A stretch of 63,369 nucleotides of DNA, the filler included, from Bonamia ostreae (lineage: Eukaryota): assembly GCA_040357525.1 (NCBI GenBank). It is 37 parts of 37 records of this genome, joined end to end, with 100 filler letters (N's around TTAATTAATTAA, not from the genome) between each part and the next. Parts side by side here need not be neighbours in the genome. Positions count along the whole stretch, not along the records: positions 39,553 to 41,165 come from JBDODL010001557.1; positions 41,266 to 42,876 come from JBDODL010001558.1; positions 42,977 to 44,586 come from JBDODL010001559.1; positions 44,687 to 46,296 come from JBDODL010001560.1; positions 46,397 to 48,005 come from JBDODL010001561.1; positions 48,106 to 49,714 come from JBDODL010001562.1; positions 49,815 to 51,423 come from JBDODL010001563.1; positions 51,524 to 53,131 come from JBDODL010001564.1; 29 more parts are not named here. The stretch is one strand, 5' to 3'. The translations under genes and the position numbers were made by a program. The notes beneath the pieces are model-generated. The model did no database searches and was not told the origin of the DNA. It saw nothing but the letters and a program-made list of their open reading frames with translations. Numbering within the stretch: the stretch's first letter is position 1; each line of letters begins with the position of its first letter. Of the stretch, positions 39,553-53,231 are shown one piece after another.

Positions 39553-40153
39553 GACGCCAATAATAAAAGTCGCAGACATAATAAACGAACACGTAAATTG
39601 GCCATTAATCCCAAAACCCGGAATTAAAGCTTTATTGGAAAATGGAGTGAACTCACTTTATTCTTTAAAGCGCTTCAAAAATTGGGAAAAGTTGCCATTT
39701 TCGGAATATCGAAAGTCCGAAATCCAAAAATGTGTTCTGAAAATGGGGAACGGCCGCAGAGTCGATGACGAGTCGCCATTCGACTTTATGCAAAAATATA
39801 GGAAAAACGGATTAGACAAGTCCGACAGTCGGATTGTAGATTTAACTTTTGACGTGAAAGCTTTATCGGATGAAGAATTGCTGAGAAGTTTCGAATTGGG
39901 ATATCCGATAAGGCGAGAATTGGACAGAGAAGAAACGTTCAATTTGATGAAGAGGAGATTCGAAAAGATCGAAACTATTTCGAAGCCCCATATAGCGAAA
40001 ATCGAAAGTCCGATTTTTTAGCTTTAAATTAAAAACAAAAAAGCGATAATAAAAATTTGTAAAAATTTTTGAAAAAAAGACGAAAAGGAGAAAGTCGATG
40101 AAGATGGTTTCATTAAAAGACGAAACATTTTGATTGAAGACGAATCAGATTAA
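39553..40153 (+). CDS. Hypothetical protein, 3' part
   Basis: Long open frame from the contig edge, a probable intron near 40008, and a last exon ending EDESD* at 40153. Confidence 0.55.
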
Positions 40154-40174
40154 AAAATTTTGAAAATTTTTATT

Positions 40175-41150
40175 TCAGTCATTTTTATGCAATTTGGACT
40201 TTAACTTTTTCATCAAACTTTTCATCGAAACGTCTTCGACTTTTCGTTTTTCGGTTTCATTTTCCGTGTTCATTTTTCTAATCAGATTTTTCATTTGATC
40301 TGTTTTTTTGAATCTTTGTAAAATATTAAAATGAACTGTGGATTCGAAGGATCGATCGAGAAATTGCTGTCTTTCTTAAGCGCTTCAAACCTTTTATCTT
40401 TCAAATCAATCTCAAAATTATTTTTAATCGATTTTGAAGAATTTTCAATCGATTTTTCGTTTTTTGATGGGCGATTTTTAGAATCTGTTTTCGAGTTTTT
40501 GGCTTTCTTTTTTTCTTTTATCAAATTGAATCCTTTTGATTCTTTTATTTTTTCGTTCTCAATTTTTTTCTCTCTTTTTCTAATCGCGTTCTTTAATGTT
40601 TTTGGTTTAACAAAAATTTTAAAATTTTCGATTTCCGTTTTAACAAATTTTAAAAACGACTCTTTTTCTCTTTTTAAGTTTCTTTTTATTTTCCAAAAGT
40701 TGGTTCGTTTTCTCTTCTGCGCTTTCAAAATCGTTTCGATTTTCATTTTCCGATTTGTCGTCGAAACCTGTTTGAAATTTAACTACAACTTCTTCTGTTT
40801 CCTTTTTGTTTTTCAGATTTTTAATTAACGACAAAAGTTTTTCTCTCGATTTTGTGTCGTCATTTAGAAAGTCTTCATTTTTCGTTTTGTTATTTTTTAA
40901 TTCGCCATTTATTGTTTCGTCTAGAAAGTCATTTTCTTCGGAAGAGCCAAGGAATTCAGCGTAATCTTCAATTTTCGGATCGTTGTTTGAATTTGCTCGT
41001 AACAAATAATCTCTTTTTGGGTCGTTCATGTCCCAAGTGAATTTTGTATTCGAGTGCGACAAAGCGCTTTGGAAGAAAGTTGGGGCTTTGTAGTCGTTTG
41101 GTATTTTGAATGCTTTGTCTCGTTCTTTGATATCTTCGAAATTCTGATTT
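40175..41150 (-). CDS. ESF1: Pre-rRNA processing protein ESF1, C-terminal part with NUC153 domain; 23-nt intron 40314-40336
   Basis: SALSHSNTKFTWD..DPKR and DLKDKRFEAL....FSIDPSNPQ|FKKT. Confidence 0.85.
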
Positions 41151-42997
41151 TCTTAAATTTATTTTNNNNNNNNNNNNNNNNNNNNNNNNNNNNNNNNNNN
41201 NNNNNNNNNTTAATTAATTAANNNNNNNNNNNNNNNNNNNNNNNNNNNNNNNNNNNNNNNNNNNNCGTGCATGAATGCAAATAAAATCACTGTTGAGTAT
41301 TACTAACATTATTGTGAACTGTAAACTTGTGTCTGTGTCGTCACAAAGCTGTCCAATTTCTGTAAATGCTTAGATATAGACAGAGAGTTCAAAATTTAGC
41401 CAAATTTCGCTCTAGAAATATTGAAGCACAGGTACCCTCCATACCCGTCTAAACATTTTCAGTGACATAATGGTGTTATCCCAAAGCATTTGTCTGTTCC
41501 ACGTTTCCCAAGCAAATAACTACTATAAAGCACAATATTATCTGCTCCAGAGTTTTCAAATCAAAATTGCGACGTATTATTGTTTGAGATACCATTGGTA
41601 CATACCAATGTTAAAATAATGAAGAAAGTTTTACACTGTCTTGATGCAAATAGCATTATGTATGTATAATTACATCAGCACACCCTGTTGGAATATATCG
41701 TATATAGGTCAGATGGAAACAAAGAAAAACATGTTGTGACATAATTTTCCCCTATATTAAATTAATTTATGAATTTCCCATAAACAAAAATTGATATGCG
41801 AATATATATTGTATGAATCGATGTTATTTTACAATTTTTCAACGTCTACAGTATATCAATATTTAAAAGAACCACCTTATTGCTTTTGGGAATATATACA
41901 GTATTTTAGATAATAGGAAATTCTCCATTTTCTATGACCTATTGAGAACAGAATGTTTCCAAAACCCCCAAAAGAAAATTATTGATCAAATATGTTCATT
42001 ATACCTAAAACAAGGTGGCGTATGATTTATTATACAACAATTATTGAAATGTTTGATTAGCAGATTGCCGACTTTCATCACAGGTTGTTTCACAAAGTTG
42101 TGAATAGCAACTTGACTGTCAGCTGCAAAACATTCTGCGGGAGATGTGGGAAAATAGAAAGTATTGTACACATTTTGTATGAGTGTGATGACTCATCTTT
42201 TGTGTGTAAAAAGCACGCTACTAAAATTCAATGTGACTTAGTAAATCCAATAATTCCAAAGAAAGCTGTCTTGGAAAATTGTTCAACATTTTGGGCAAAC
42301 AATGGTCATTTTGGTGATAGAACTGTGGTTTCAATGTTAGCATGGAAATGCTAAAACTGATAGAAACGTGTAATATCTATTTAATCTATTGAATTTAATT
42401 CATATGTTCAAATCATATATTATATGCTGAAATATAGGTATGTACATGTATTCCCATGAATTAGAAGTATTTGTAATTGTATCAAATGTTATTATCTATG
42501 ATGTAACACAATGAGGGAACTACACATAGTGATATTTAACGAGATTTTGCCCCTACTATTCAATGTGTATGCGGAAAATAAAAGATACATATACAGAAAA
42601 AAAGGTTTTTGTTTATCTGAAGATCCATGTCTACTGTACGCTTTGAAACTTTCTCTGCACATCGATCTGGCAATAGAATTAAGTAAAAATTATAATAATA
42701 ATAATGAACACTCATGTTTACAACTCGTGTAAATTTTAGAGTGTCACTGTAACATTATTTTTCCAGGTACTATTCATGCTTGTAAATGAAATAGTCATGA
42801 CCGTTTTCTACATTACTGGATTGGCATGGCGACGCTAACGTTACTGTTTAGCGTGATATCATATTTTGCGTATGATNNNNNNNNNNNNNNNNNNNNNNNN
42901 NNNNNNNNNNNNNNNNNNNNTTAATTAATTAANNNNNNNNNNNNNNNNNNNNNNNNNNNNNNNNNNNNNNNNNNNNTTCAAAATTTTGTTACAACAG

Positions 42998-43412
42998 ATC
43001 AATAGACGGAAACATTTACACTTATGACATCAGGAAAGGTAAATTGACCAAAGATCAACTACACAGCCCAGTCACTTCAATAGCGGTTTCAAACGACAAA
43101 AACTGCGTTTTAGCCACTTGTCTGAATTCCAAATTGCAATTGCTTGACAAAGAAAATGGCGCTCTTTTGAACACTTTTGAAGGACATAAAAATTTTGACT
43201 TTTTGATCAAAAGCGATTTTGAAAAAAATGATGCTTTTGTTTTGACTGGTTCCGAAAATGGCCAAATTTGCGTTTGGAATTTGACGGGAAAAGAGCTTCT
43301 GCATTCTCTGAAAGTTCAAGAAAGTATTGTTTCGGTCGTCAAATTTAATCCGAAATTTAATTGTTTTGTGTCTGCGGATGTGAGCGGGAATGTGTTTTAT
43401 TGGGGCGAGTAA
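42998..43412 (+). CDS. WDR83: WD40 protein WDR83/MORG1, C-terminal exon
   Basis: SIDGNIYTYDIRKG...SPVTS...LQLLDKENGALLNTFEGHKN...TGSENG. Confidence 0.85.
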
Positions 43413-43635
43413 GATTTTCAAAATTGATATTTTTATGACAAATGAACAAAAATAATTTAAAACTACATCTTTTCAAATTTCATCTTCAATTTACTGACTT
43501 TGTTTTCTTTTTCAATTAAAATTTGTTAAATTAAAAAATGGGAATTTGCTTTCTATTTTTAATTTGCTTTTGTAAAAATGGGAATTTTTTATTTTAAATA
43601 AACAAATTTAAAAAAAAACGACAAAAATTTGCTTT

Positions 43636-44586
43636 TTACAAAAAACTTTGAATATTCGAAAAAATTTGATCTTTTTTCTCCAAATGGCCCATTTTTGGGA
43701 AAAATGGATAATTTTCAATAAAATTTTCCGTTATTTTTATAGCGGTCGGGATTTTGTTCTTTTTCCCGGCGAGATCTTCAAAACTGAAGAAAACCGGAGC
43801 GAACAGTATTCCCAAACTTTTGGAATCCATTTTGTTCAGTTTTTTGTTGCATTTTACGGCATTTAAAAGTTCTAACAACGAAACCAAAACGTGTTTTCTT
43901 TCAAACTATTTTTGCCATTTTTTGGAAATTTTTTTAAAATGTTAAATTTTTAAAAAACGCCAATCGATGAAATTATCTTTTCAAAATTAACATAAAAATG
44001 GTCAACGTCAATAAACTCGGAATCCAAATTGCCGAAAAGCTTAAAATTTTTTGGAAGTTGTCTTCTTATAAATTGTCTGAATTGTTTTTTTCTGTCTTTA
44101 AAAGCGATTGAATTTAGCCAAATCTTAATCGAACTTGCGACTAAATGAGGCGAGTCGAAGTTCTGAATCGAAATGTTTCCTTTTTTTATATCTCTCAAAA
44201 TTCGTTCTAATTTTTGCAAATTTGGCGATTTTCTAAAAATTCCTTCCTTTTATGAAAATTATTTGATTTTTTTAACCTAAAAAAAGGTAAAAAATGACGA
44301 AAACGAAAAATTGATTTAATGGAAAATTTAATAAAATTTAGCCAAATGACGGTTTTGTGACAATTTTTTTGTATAAAAATTCTTTTCAGTTTTTCAAAAT
44401 CTTGAATTGATTTGCTGTTGATATAATCTTCGCTGCTCTTTTCATTTGAATCGATTTGTATCGATTTGCTATTTTTCGTGATAATTTGGGTCGACACAAT
44501 TTCGTCGAAAAGATGGCTTTGACTGATTTTAGCCAAATTTAATTTTCCGATTTTTATGAAATCCTTCGATTTTCTGTTTTCGGATA
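43636..44586 (-). CDS. RhoGAP-domain protein fragment
   Basis: EGIFRKS (arginine finger), PHLVASSIKIWL, NKMDSKSLGILFAP. Confidence 0.85.
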
Positions 44587-44686
44587 NNNNNNNNNNNNNN
44601 NNNNNNNNNNNNNNNNNNNNNNNNNNNNNNTTAATTAATTAANNNNNNNNNNNNNNNNNNNNNNNNNNNNNNNNNNNNNNNNNNNN

Positions 44687-46296
44687 GAAAATCAAATATA
44701 ATAAAAAATTTAAATATACAAATATACAAATTTTAAAAAACACCCGAACAAGCAAATTACCATAAAAAAAATAGAACGACTTAAAAAAGATAATTCTTAC
44801 AAAATCAACAGAATCCATTAATAAATCGGTCCTGTGCCTTTGTCGATTATCAAAAATCGACGAAAAAACAAAAAACGCTGTCAAATCTATAAACTCCGAA
44901 TATTTTAACAAAATGCAAAACTTTAAATCCGTTTTACAAATTTTTATCAAAAGATCGAAAAAACCGATTTAATTCGATCAATCGTAACAACTTGTTTCTT
45001 CGAAAAACATTCGAAAGTTTCTAAATTAAAATTTAGCCAAATATATTAGAAAAAAGTGCAAAAGTTTTGGAATCGCTAAAAAGAATTTATTTTAATCGAT
45101 TCACAAACAAATCGATCAGAAATCTCGTTGTTCAATTTTCGTTTTGTCTATTTTCGTCTGTTTTATCGAATCAAAATTTGGTCGACATTTTTGAAGATGC
45201 TCTAAGCGAACAAAATAATCCGCAATTTTTGGTTTAAATCATCTTTAAAAAAATCAAGTTTTCGTTTCTGAAAGGTTTAAATTCCGTTTTTTCTGTCGAC
45301 GAAACTGCGATCGATTTTGATAACGAAAATGGTATTTTTGAATAATTTTAATTTTGAATAATTTAAAAATTTTGAAGAAGAATTGAACGATTGTTTAAGA
45401 ATAGAAACAATGGAAGACCAAACTTTCAATTTTTTGTCTCATTTCTGCAAAGTTTTTTTTTAAATTTAGAAACATTTTGAAACTATAAAATTGGCCACAA
45501 TTGACGGCGATAAAAACATCAGAAAATTGTCGATCGAAATTTTGGCTAAACTTGCAACATTTGTTTTTAATTATAAAAATTGACAATTTTTGCAATTTGA
45601 CCAAATAACAAAATTTGAAAAATAGAATTTGATAGATCCGTCAATTCTGTTTTCACCGATTTTCGGGTGCTTGACAGATTTGGACGAAGCGATTGCTCAA
45701 AGATCATTGTCAATCGTTCGACATTTTGTCAATGACAAATTAAGTTCTGTAAAAGCGTTAAATTTTTAAAATTTAATTTAAAAAAATTCAAATTTTTTTA
45801 AAATAGGTCGATTTTTGGAGGACTATTGCAATCGTACGATCACATAAATTCGGTGAACGACATTAATTTTTCCGAATTTGCAAATTTGGACAAATTTGAA
45901 AACCGACTGAACAATATCGCTTTCGTGATAAAAATGTTACCGAAAAATGTAAAAAATGGCGTTTTTAGGAGATTTGGCGCATTTTTGGACAAATTTGTTT
46001 TTTAAAAAATTGGAATAAAATTAGTGGTCTGAAAAAAGAAGAAAAGATTTGAACAAAATTTTATTTGTTTTTAGTCTGTTTTCTCGATTAGAAGACAAAG
46101 AAAGCCGTTTTCGGTTATTAAAAATGGCGATTGAAAATAGTCGTTTCAGAGAACAATGTTTTGAAGAAGAGAATGTTGGCGATAATGGGTCTTCCGAAGG
46201 AAAAATGGCGATTCTCTTTTCTGTTCGATTTTGCAAATCGTTATTAAAAGTTTTCTGATCGAGCAAATTTAACAATGACAGAAATTATTTAAAAAT
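44687..46296 (+). CDS. Scc2/Nipped-B (cohesin loader)-like HEAT-repeat fragment with many micro-introns, including 18-nt 45452-45469
   Basis: Spliced KHFETIKLATIDGDKNIRKLSIEILAKLATF|NLIDPSILFSPIFGCLTDLDEAIAQRS resembles the Nipped-B C-terminal GLVHP...LIA..TD region. Highly divergent. Confidence 0.55.
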
Positions 46297-46396
46297 NNNN
46301 NNNNNNNNNNNNNNNNNNNNNNNNNNNNNNNNNNNNNNNNTTAATTAATTAANNNNNNNNNNNNNNNNNNNNNNNNNNNNNNNNNNNNNNNNNNNN

Positions 46397-46794
46397 AACA
46401 ACAAAAACGACGTCAAAAAGAATAAAAATGACATTAAAAACAACAAAAATGGCGTCGAAAAAAATCAGAAAAAACAGGAATTATCGAAAGAAAAAATTGC
46501 TATTTTACAGAAAAAATTCCAAAAATTGCAAACAAAGTTAATTTTCAAAAATTTACAGATTAAATCCGCTTAAACAACAAATTCAAAAAACAGAACAAAT
46601 TATTTTCCGAAAAGAAAGAGAAAGAAGCATCGTTTATTTGATATTGGCTTGTCTTCCGCCGTTTATTCTATTACTCATCGTTGTCGCATTTAAGATTCGC
46701 GTTCCTTGTCCCAATTGTTCATATTCAACGACCGTTGTCGAGAAATTGCAGTGGATTGTTGCCAATTATGTCAATGATAAAATTCCAACATAAT
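46397..46794 (+). CDS. Hypothetical coiled-coil protein with a C-terminal TM segment, 3' part
   Basis: K/N-rich helix followed by IVYLILACLPPFILLLIVVAF. Confidence 0.45.
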
Positions 46795-47019
46795 AAATGT
46801 CACAAATTTTTTTGAAAAATTTAATAACCGGTTTCTCGGCAGTTTTACCAAAAATCGATTAAAATTACTAAAAATCGACTAAAATTGGTATTTTTAACAA
46901 TATTTTGCGAAAAATAGCCAAAATCGATCTGTTTTTATTTAAATCAATTAAATCGCAAAATTTACAATGTAAATGATTAAACTGCACAAAAGATTATAAA
47001 TAACTTAAAAATTTTAAAA

Positions 47020-47870
47020 ATGTCGCAAATATTGGAATCGGTGGAAATTCTATTATGTACGAATTTTATCCTTCTCTTAAAATTTTTTCTGTTCTGTTGG
47101 GCAAAATGCGTCGTCGAAAACGGCTTCTCAAAATTGTTTGACCATCGCAATGTAAAGACTTATTGCCGTCTCTTTGGCACACTGTCCACCCTTTGCTTCG
47201 CATTTCTTTCCTTCGATCCTCAAAATCGCCTTCGCGTTCTTTCTCCTAAAATCTATTATCTCCTGAGGCGAGCAGGATTTCTGTTCTTCGTTGCCATCTT
47301 CGCCAGTGTTTCGAACCTGTCCTTGTTAGCGATACGCGTTTTAACCGATCAGACCTATTGTCGATTCATCTACAACGTTTTGTTGGTTCTGCTCAGTTTC
47401 TCCTACTGCGTTCTGATGGCGGTGAGAGAAGTGATGGGGCTTTTGTGGACATGCGAGGAAGAGACCGATCTGACATCGCAACTTGACGGAATTGACGTCG
47501 CGATGGATTTGTTGGAGGCGGGGATATTGCTGTTGTCGATGGTGGTTTCTTTTTACGCCTACTGCAAATCTTACAAATTCTGCAATCGGTTAGAAGCCAT
47601 GTTGATGGACGAGAGAAGGAGAGTGTTCAGAGAATTCAGAAAATGGATCATTTTTCTAGGATTTTGTTGTTCCACTTTAGTTGTTGTTTTTGTGACCAAT
47701 TATCAATTGGTTCTTTACGTTTTTATTTTTAAATTTTGTAGCAAACGACCAAATTTTAATAAAAAAAGAAAAAATTGAGAATTTTGACGATGGACGACAG
47801 GATCTTATTCTCGATTATATCGTTCGCCATTTTGAGTTTGTACTATTCAATAATTTACTTTATTTTCTAA
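47020..47870 (+). CDS. Hypothetical ~7-TM membrane protein
   Basis: AAAAATG start, 252-codon ORF with about 6 hydrophobic helices, and a further hydrophobic exon after a probable intron. Confidence 0.65.
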
Positions 47871-50602
47871 AACAGTCGAATAAATTTTATCCAATTTTGG
47901 TGAAACATTTTTATTTAAATGTGATCAGTTTTTACAAAATTTGGCATTTATTAAAATTGGGATTTGTGGACTTCGCATTGAAAAACTACTTCCGATTTTT
48001 CACTTNNNNNNNNNNNNNNNNNNNNNNNNNNNNNNNNNNNNNNNNNNNNTTAATTAATTAANNNNNNNNNNNNNNNNNNNNNNNNNNNNNNNNNNNNNNN
48101 NNNNNATACATAGTACTTACATTTAACGGGTTTGCTGATTCAATGAAAACCGCTGAATTCATGCATATCCCCTGTAGTCCAAGATGGAGGGTTTGCCTCA
48201 ATCTATAAAACATTACCTGTTGTTTATTCATGTATTTCAAGATGTGGTTTTGAATTACTGCCATAAAATAAGTGACCCACTTTGGGCTATTCGACGTTTA
48301 TTTAAACTTCAATCAAGAATATGATATTCCTTAAAAAAATTCTTAATTTCTTTCTTTTAGATACGTTTAGATAACAGGCAATTTTTCAAAGTGGTAAGGC
48401 GTCAATTCAATTTTTCCATACAGTGTTCTTCGTTGACAAATATTCTTTTTATGCGGTTATTTTTGTCCGTTCTTTCATACTCTGCAGCGCAAGGCAGTGC
48501 CCTGCTCCTTGTGTGCCGTGCTTTAACTTTTGTGAAGCAGATGATTAAATCTTTGAAACCTAATAGTTTTCTCGGGGATGTGAATTACTATTATCTGATA
48601 TCCTTTACACACATAACTAATGAAATGTTAAGGAATTTAGTATTCAGATTACTTTTTCTGAAGATTTAAGCGAGAAAATTTATTTACCTTGTCCATATGT
48701 GCGCCATATAATTGTTATGTTGTCACTTGCAAAGTTTCCTTCCGTTTGTGTTCATTGATACTTATTGTAAAATCGAGTATCATCCACATTTTAATGGTAC
48801 GTCCACATTCATGACCCTTTTTTATGGTTTCACGAGGATCACTAATAGTTATGAAGCGTTTATCAATGCCCTGTGCACAGACACAACTTCCGGAGTAAAC
48901 GCCATTCTTTGTACAGTTTCGACGACAGACTCCTCCCCTTTGTCAATCATAAATTAAAATTATGAAAAATATTCACCTTCAAATGTTGATAGGTAAATAT
49001 CTTAATTCTTTGAATGCTATCATTCTGGAAAGGGCGTGGTGTCTTTACGCTTCTGTATCACAATTTTCAAAAAAATATTATTGGTCTAAAAGATGTCAGC
49101 CATTTCATCTTGATAACGGGTAGTCCGCCATTTTGAAATCTATAAATACACAGCAGGTATGGTGATTCTTCGCTTAATGGAGGTAGAGTCGCCATCTTTG
49201 ATTTGGAGCAAATAGACCTAAATTCAGTTCTTCTCAGTGAATCAGCGCTACAGATTGGTGTAAGTACTAAGCTCTAGTAGAGTTCGAAAAAAATTGTGTT
49301 GATGTTTTTATGTTTTTATATCATATGCTTTTGTTCTCATTTACTGTGGCTATTCTAAACGAATGGTATCAAAATAGGTTGGAGCACTTGCAAAGGATAG
49401 AGAGATCTATCATATTTTACTGTGCCCTTTCCTTGATTTTTATGCAGGATATCTAACTTCTAAATAAAAGGTGAAGATACCGAATAATGTGTAAAGGATT
49501 ATTATTGTATTATGATTATAAAGGATTATTATCACCATAACTACAGGATATACATAACTATACATATTCACATTTGGTTGACTCTTGTTAGGAAATGTTT
49601 GATATGACTACCATGGTAATAATGCTCTCATTTGCAAATACGATCTGTTATTACTAGCTAGGATCGATGTTCTCTTGGTTACGAAACTTGTTAAATCTGA
49701 ACTCTAACGTGACTNNNNNNNNNNNNNNNNNNNNNNNNNNNNNNNNNNNNNNNNNNNNTTAATTAATTAANNNNNNNNNNNNNNNNNNNNNNNNNNNNNN
49801 NNNNNNNNNNNNNNAATTAAAAAATAATCAGATTTAAGCCACAATTCAAAAATAGGAAAATACTTAAAAACTCTTCAAAAAAAGAATATCTACCATCCCT
49901 GTTATTACCTTATTTCCTTTTAATGTCTCTCCCCAAAAACGGCATAAAAGTCTGAGGGGTGAACAGTCCGCTATTTTACTTATAAATACATATAAACATC
50001 GTTAAAGATTTATTTAGAAAATTTTCTGTTTTAAACGAATCGATTGCGCGCTAACGCATTTATATTTTAATTCTAATCATAATTATTTTATCCTCAATAG
50101 TTTAAAAATTCAAGTACCTTTTTCCTTTATAACGAACCTTATTTTATATTTCAGTTTTATTATTTTTTAATTTTTGTATGATCTGAGTTTAAGACATTCA
50201 GATTATGTCGTGATTTTTTGTTTATAAACCCCGTCTCAAATTATTATTTACATCGAACATTTTGATATTTGAGACAAGAGAGTGACTTCAAGAAAAATTT
50301 TTTAGTTTTGTTTTTAAGGATAAATTTATTAAATAAGTTCCATTATCATTTGTCTTTAATGATATGTCATTATTTATGAATTGTCCATTGGAATGACTAT
50401 ATTTTTGTTTATATCGATTTTAGAATTGTCCTTTTGTTTATTTTTTTAATTGACAGCAACTTCCAATAAATCTAATAGTATAAAATTTTTAAAGTTTAAT
50501 TAAAAAAGTAAGAAAGTTAATTATTCATAAAATAATCCCTTTGAAAATAAAAAATAATAATGGTTTACAAGCTTTGTTAAAATTTGGTTATATAATCATT
50601 AT

Positions 50603-51423
50603 ATGGAGTGCGTTAAAAAATCGATGGAAATTGTGAAAGATGAGACTTCATACAATTTTCTAGAAAAATTAGAAAAATTAGAAAGAGAAATTGATATTAA
50701 AATTCTCCTTCTTGAAAGCAATGAAATAACTTTGAAAGAAGCAAAATGTTATTTTATTGGGACAGCTCAATTAATTATTTCATTCAAGTTTTTATTAAAA
50801 TGATTAAAATAACAATTCTAAACAACTTATACAAAGAAACAGAAAATTAGACGAAAAAACATTCAAAAAAGCAAAAATGTTGTTAGAAACATGTGTCGAA
50901 AAGAGCGAAAAGATCTCTAAAATAGAAAAATTCCAAAAATCGAAAAATATGAACAAAAGCTCTAAAAAAACAAATGAAAATTTGAACTACCCCAAAATAG
51001 GCAAAGGAATAAAAATTAATCGTCTCAAAAGTCACAAAACACTTGTTAAAGATTTTGAAGTGAAAGATTCGATCAGTCTTATTGATCAGGAAAGGAGTTT
51101 ACTGAAAAAAGCAAAATTTCATGACGATTCATTTATGAAGGGACACAGAGAAGCATCAGTGAAAGCGTTTAGATATTATAAAGAATTGGCTGAAATTTAT
51201 TCAAATAACAGTCCAATTGAATTGGGAATTTCCAAAAATCAATTTCGGGCAAAAAAGAAGATAATTGATAGTCGATTTGCTTTTTATGGGGAATTAGAAG
51301 AATGATTTTAAATAATTTTCAATATTTTTAGTTAATAGAGATTTAATCAAATCTCTCCACTTTCCATTTCATCCTTTGTGGACAGGATGACCTAACCATT
51401 TCAAATTTATTGGAAGATATGTC
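50603..51423 (+). CDS. Hypothetical helical protein with weak 14-3-3-like C-terminal resemblance
   Basis: Two ORFs joinable by a GT-AG intron; ASVKAFRYYKELAEIYSNNSPIELG. Confidence 0.4.
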
Positions 51424-51523
51424 NNNNNNNNNNNNNNNNNNNNNNNNNNNNNNNNNNNNNNNNNNNNTTAATTAATTAANNNNNNNNNNNNNNNNNNNNN
51501 NNNNNNNNNNNNNNNNNNNNNNN

Positions 51524-52334
51524 CTTTGATAACTTATTATTAAACGTCAACAAAATAGTGAAAAAGTGCCACATTTGATGCTCGAAAATTTGACATTATT
51601 TATAACATTATTTCAACCCCAATTTTGCTAAAATATAAAAGTTAGTCAAAACCTCTTTGCAAAACTAAATGTTCGTCTAAAACTTCCTTTGTTATCTCAT
51701 TTTCAGCGGTTCTTATTTTCCTTTTCAAAAGTTCCAATTCGATTTCTTGTGACATCGAAGTTCTTTTCAGCGACAACAGATCATTTGTTTTTCTTTTCAA
51801 AACTTTTTTCATTGAAGTTTATTAGCGATTTTATGATATTGAGAATTTGAACGCGACAAATTTGATTCTTTCAACTGGTTTCTCACCATTTTTTTAGTGT
51901 TTTTCGCTTCGCACAAATTTTTCCATTCTTTTTTGGCAATGACCATTATTTTTTGAAACTGTTTAGTTTTATTTCAGCTCTGCGCAAATCTTCTTCGAGT
52001 TTTTTCAATTTTTCGTCTTTCTTTTTTTCTTTCAGCTCGAAGAATCTTAGAACGAACTCCAAATGCAAATCTTTGTCGTTCAACCCAGACTCTGTAAGAA
52101 TGGAGTCGGTGCGATGTACATATTCAATAAAAAACCAGAGCGTCTTTTCCTTGATCTGATAAGAGCCAATTTTGCATCGAGGTTGGATTGCAGCAATTGC
52201 TCGTTCAAAAGTTTGTTTTTTCTTTCGAGAACACCGCCTAAAATTTCTTCTTTGATCAAGTTTCTTTCGGATTCGTTTTCGCTTTCATCCAAATCGTCAT
52301 TATTCTCAGACATCTTTGGTTGTCTCTTTAACAA
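51524..52334 (-). CDS. Hypothetical coiled-coil protein, intron-containing fragment
   Basis: ...RSRKRRS|ESGLNDKDLHLEFVLRFFELKEKK... joined through a GTTTTT...CAG intron. Confidence 0.5.
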
Positions 52335-52698
52335 ATTTTAGTAAATTCTAAAAAAAATTTAGTCCTTTCCGTCGAACAGATTTTGGCTTTTGTCAAATTT
52401 AGATTTGAAAAAATCTTGGTCCAGAAAGAGCATTTTTTGGAAATTTAAATTTGAAAATTGACAAATGAAAATTTTTTTTATCGAGTTTCACTTTGCACTT
52501 CAACACGAAATATGAAGGTTTGAAAAGTTTGTTTGAGGGAGTTAAAGACGACCATGTGATGTACTAGTTTCTTTGAATGATTTTCATTTTCTCGATAAGG
52601 CTCATTTTCGTTTAAACTAAATTTTAGTGTTGTTACTAAAATTTGCCATTTTAGATCAATTCTAGTTTTTAAGGCAAATTATTGTTTAGCATCCGCTA

Positions 52699-53131
52699 TT
52701 AAAATTTAGCCGACATCATATTAAACTTGTAGACGATATCAGTGCCTTCCACGATCAAAGTTACATTTGTGGCATTTTTCGTGAAAAAAACGGAATTGTG
52801 TTTTCCATTAATGCGAATTTTGAGGTTTTTCCCATTTTCGAATTGTCCGATGAGACATCGATCGCCTCCTGTAAATTCGCAATCGTTGCAGTCTTCAACG
52901 GTCAAGACGCGATAATCTTTTTCGCAGTCGATTTTGATTTTTTCGCAATCGTCGAAGATCATCCCGTGGATGTTCTCGTCGAGGACGGTGATAGTTGAGT
53001 TGGAGCATTTTATGAATTCTCTTGAAACAGCGACATTTGGATTTTCGTACGGTTGGACAATAAAGTTTTTGTTGTTTTTAATGTCGCGGACAATCTTCAA
53101 TTTTTATAATTCTTTGAATTTTCACTTGGAC
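52699..53131 (-). CDS. C-CAP/cofactor-C-like beta-helix protein, C-terminal part
   Basis: Periodic KCSNSTITV / IFDDCEKIKI / TVEDCNDCEF repeats typical of the CARP beta-helix. Confidence 0.6.
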
Positions 53132-53231
53132 NNNNNNNNNNNNNNNNNNNNNNNNNNNNNNNNNNNNNNNNNNNNTTAATTAATTAANNNNNNNNNNNNN
53201 NNNNNNNNNNNNNNNNNNNNNNNNNNNNNNN

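Noticed and set aside
41266-42876. Short ORFs in host-type contigs (also 48106-49714 and 56647-58253)
   Set aside because: No recognisable domains; consistent with intronic or intergenic animal DNA.
5188-46296. Stop-codon reassignment or programmed frameshifting to explain fragmented ORFs
   Set aside because: The in-gene stops and shifts I examined fall inside removable introns. Genes end on TAA or TGA and conserved Trp is TGG.
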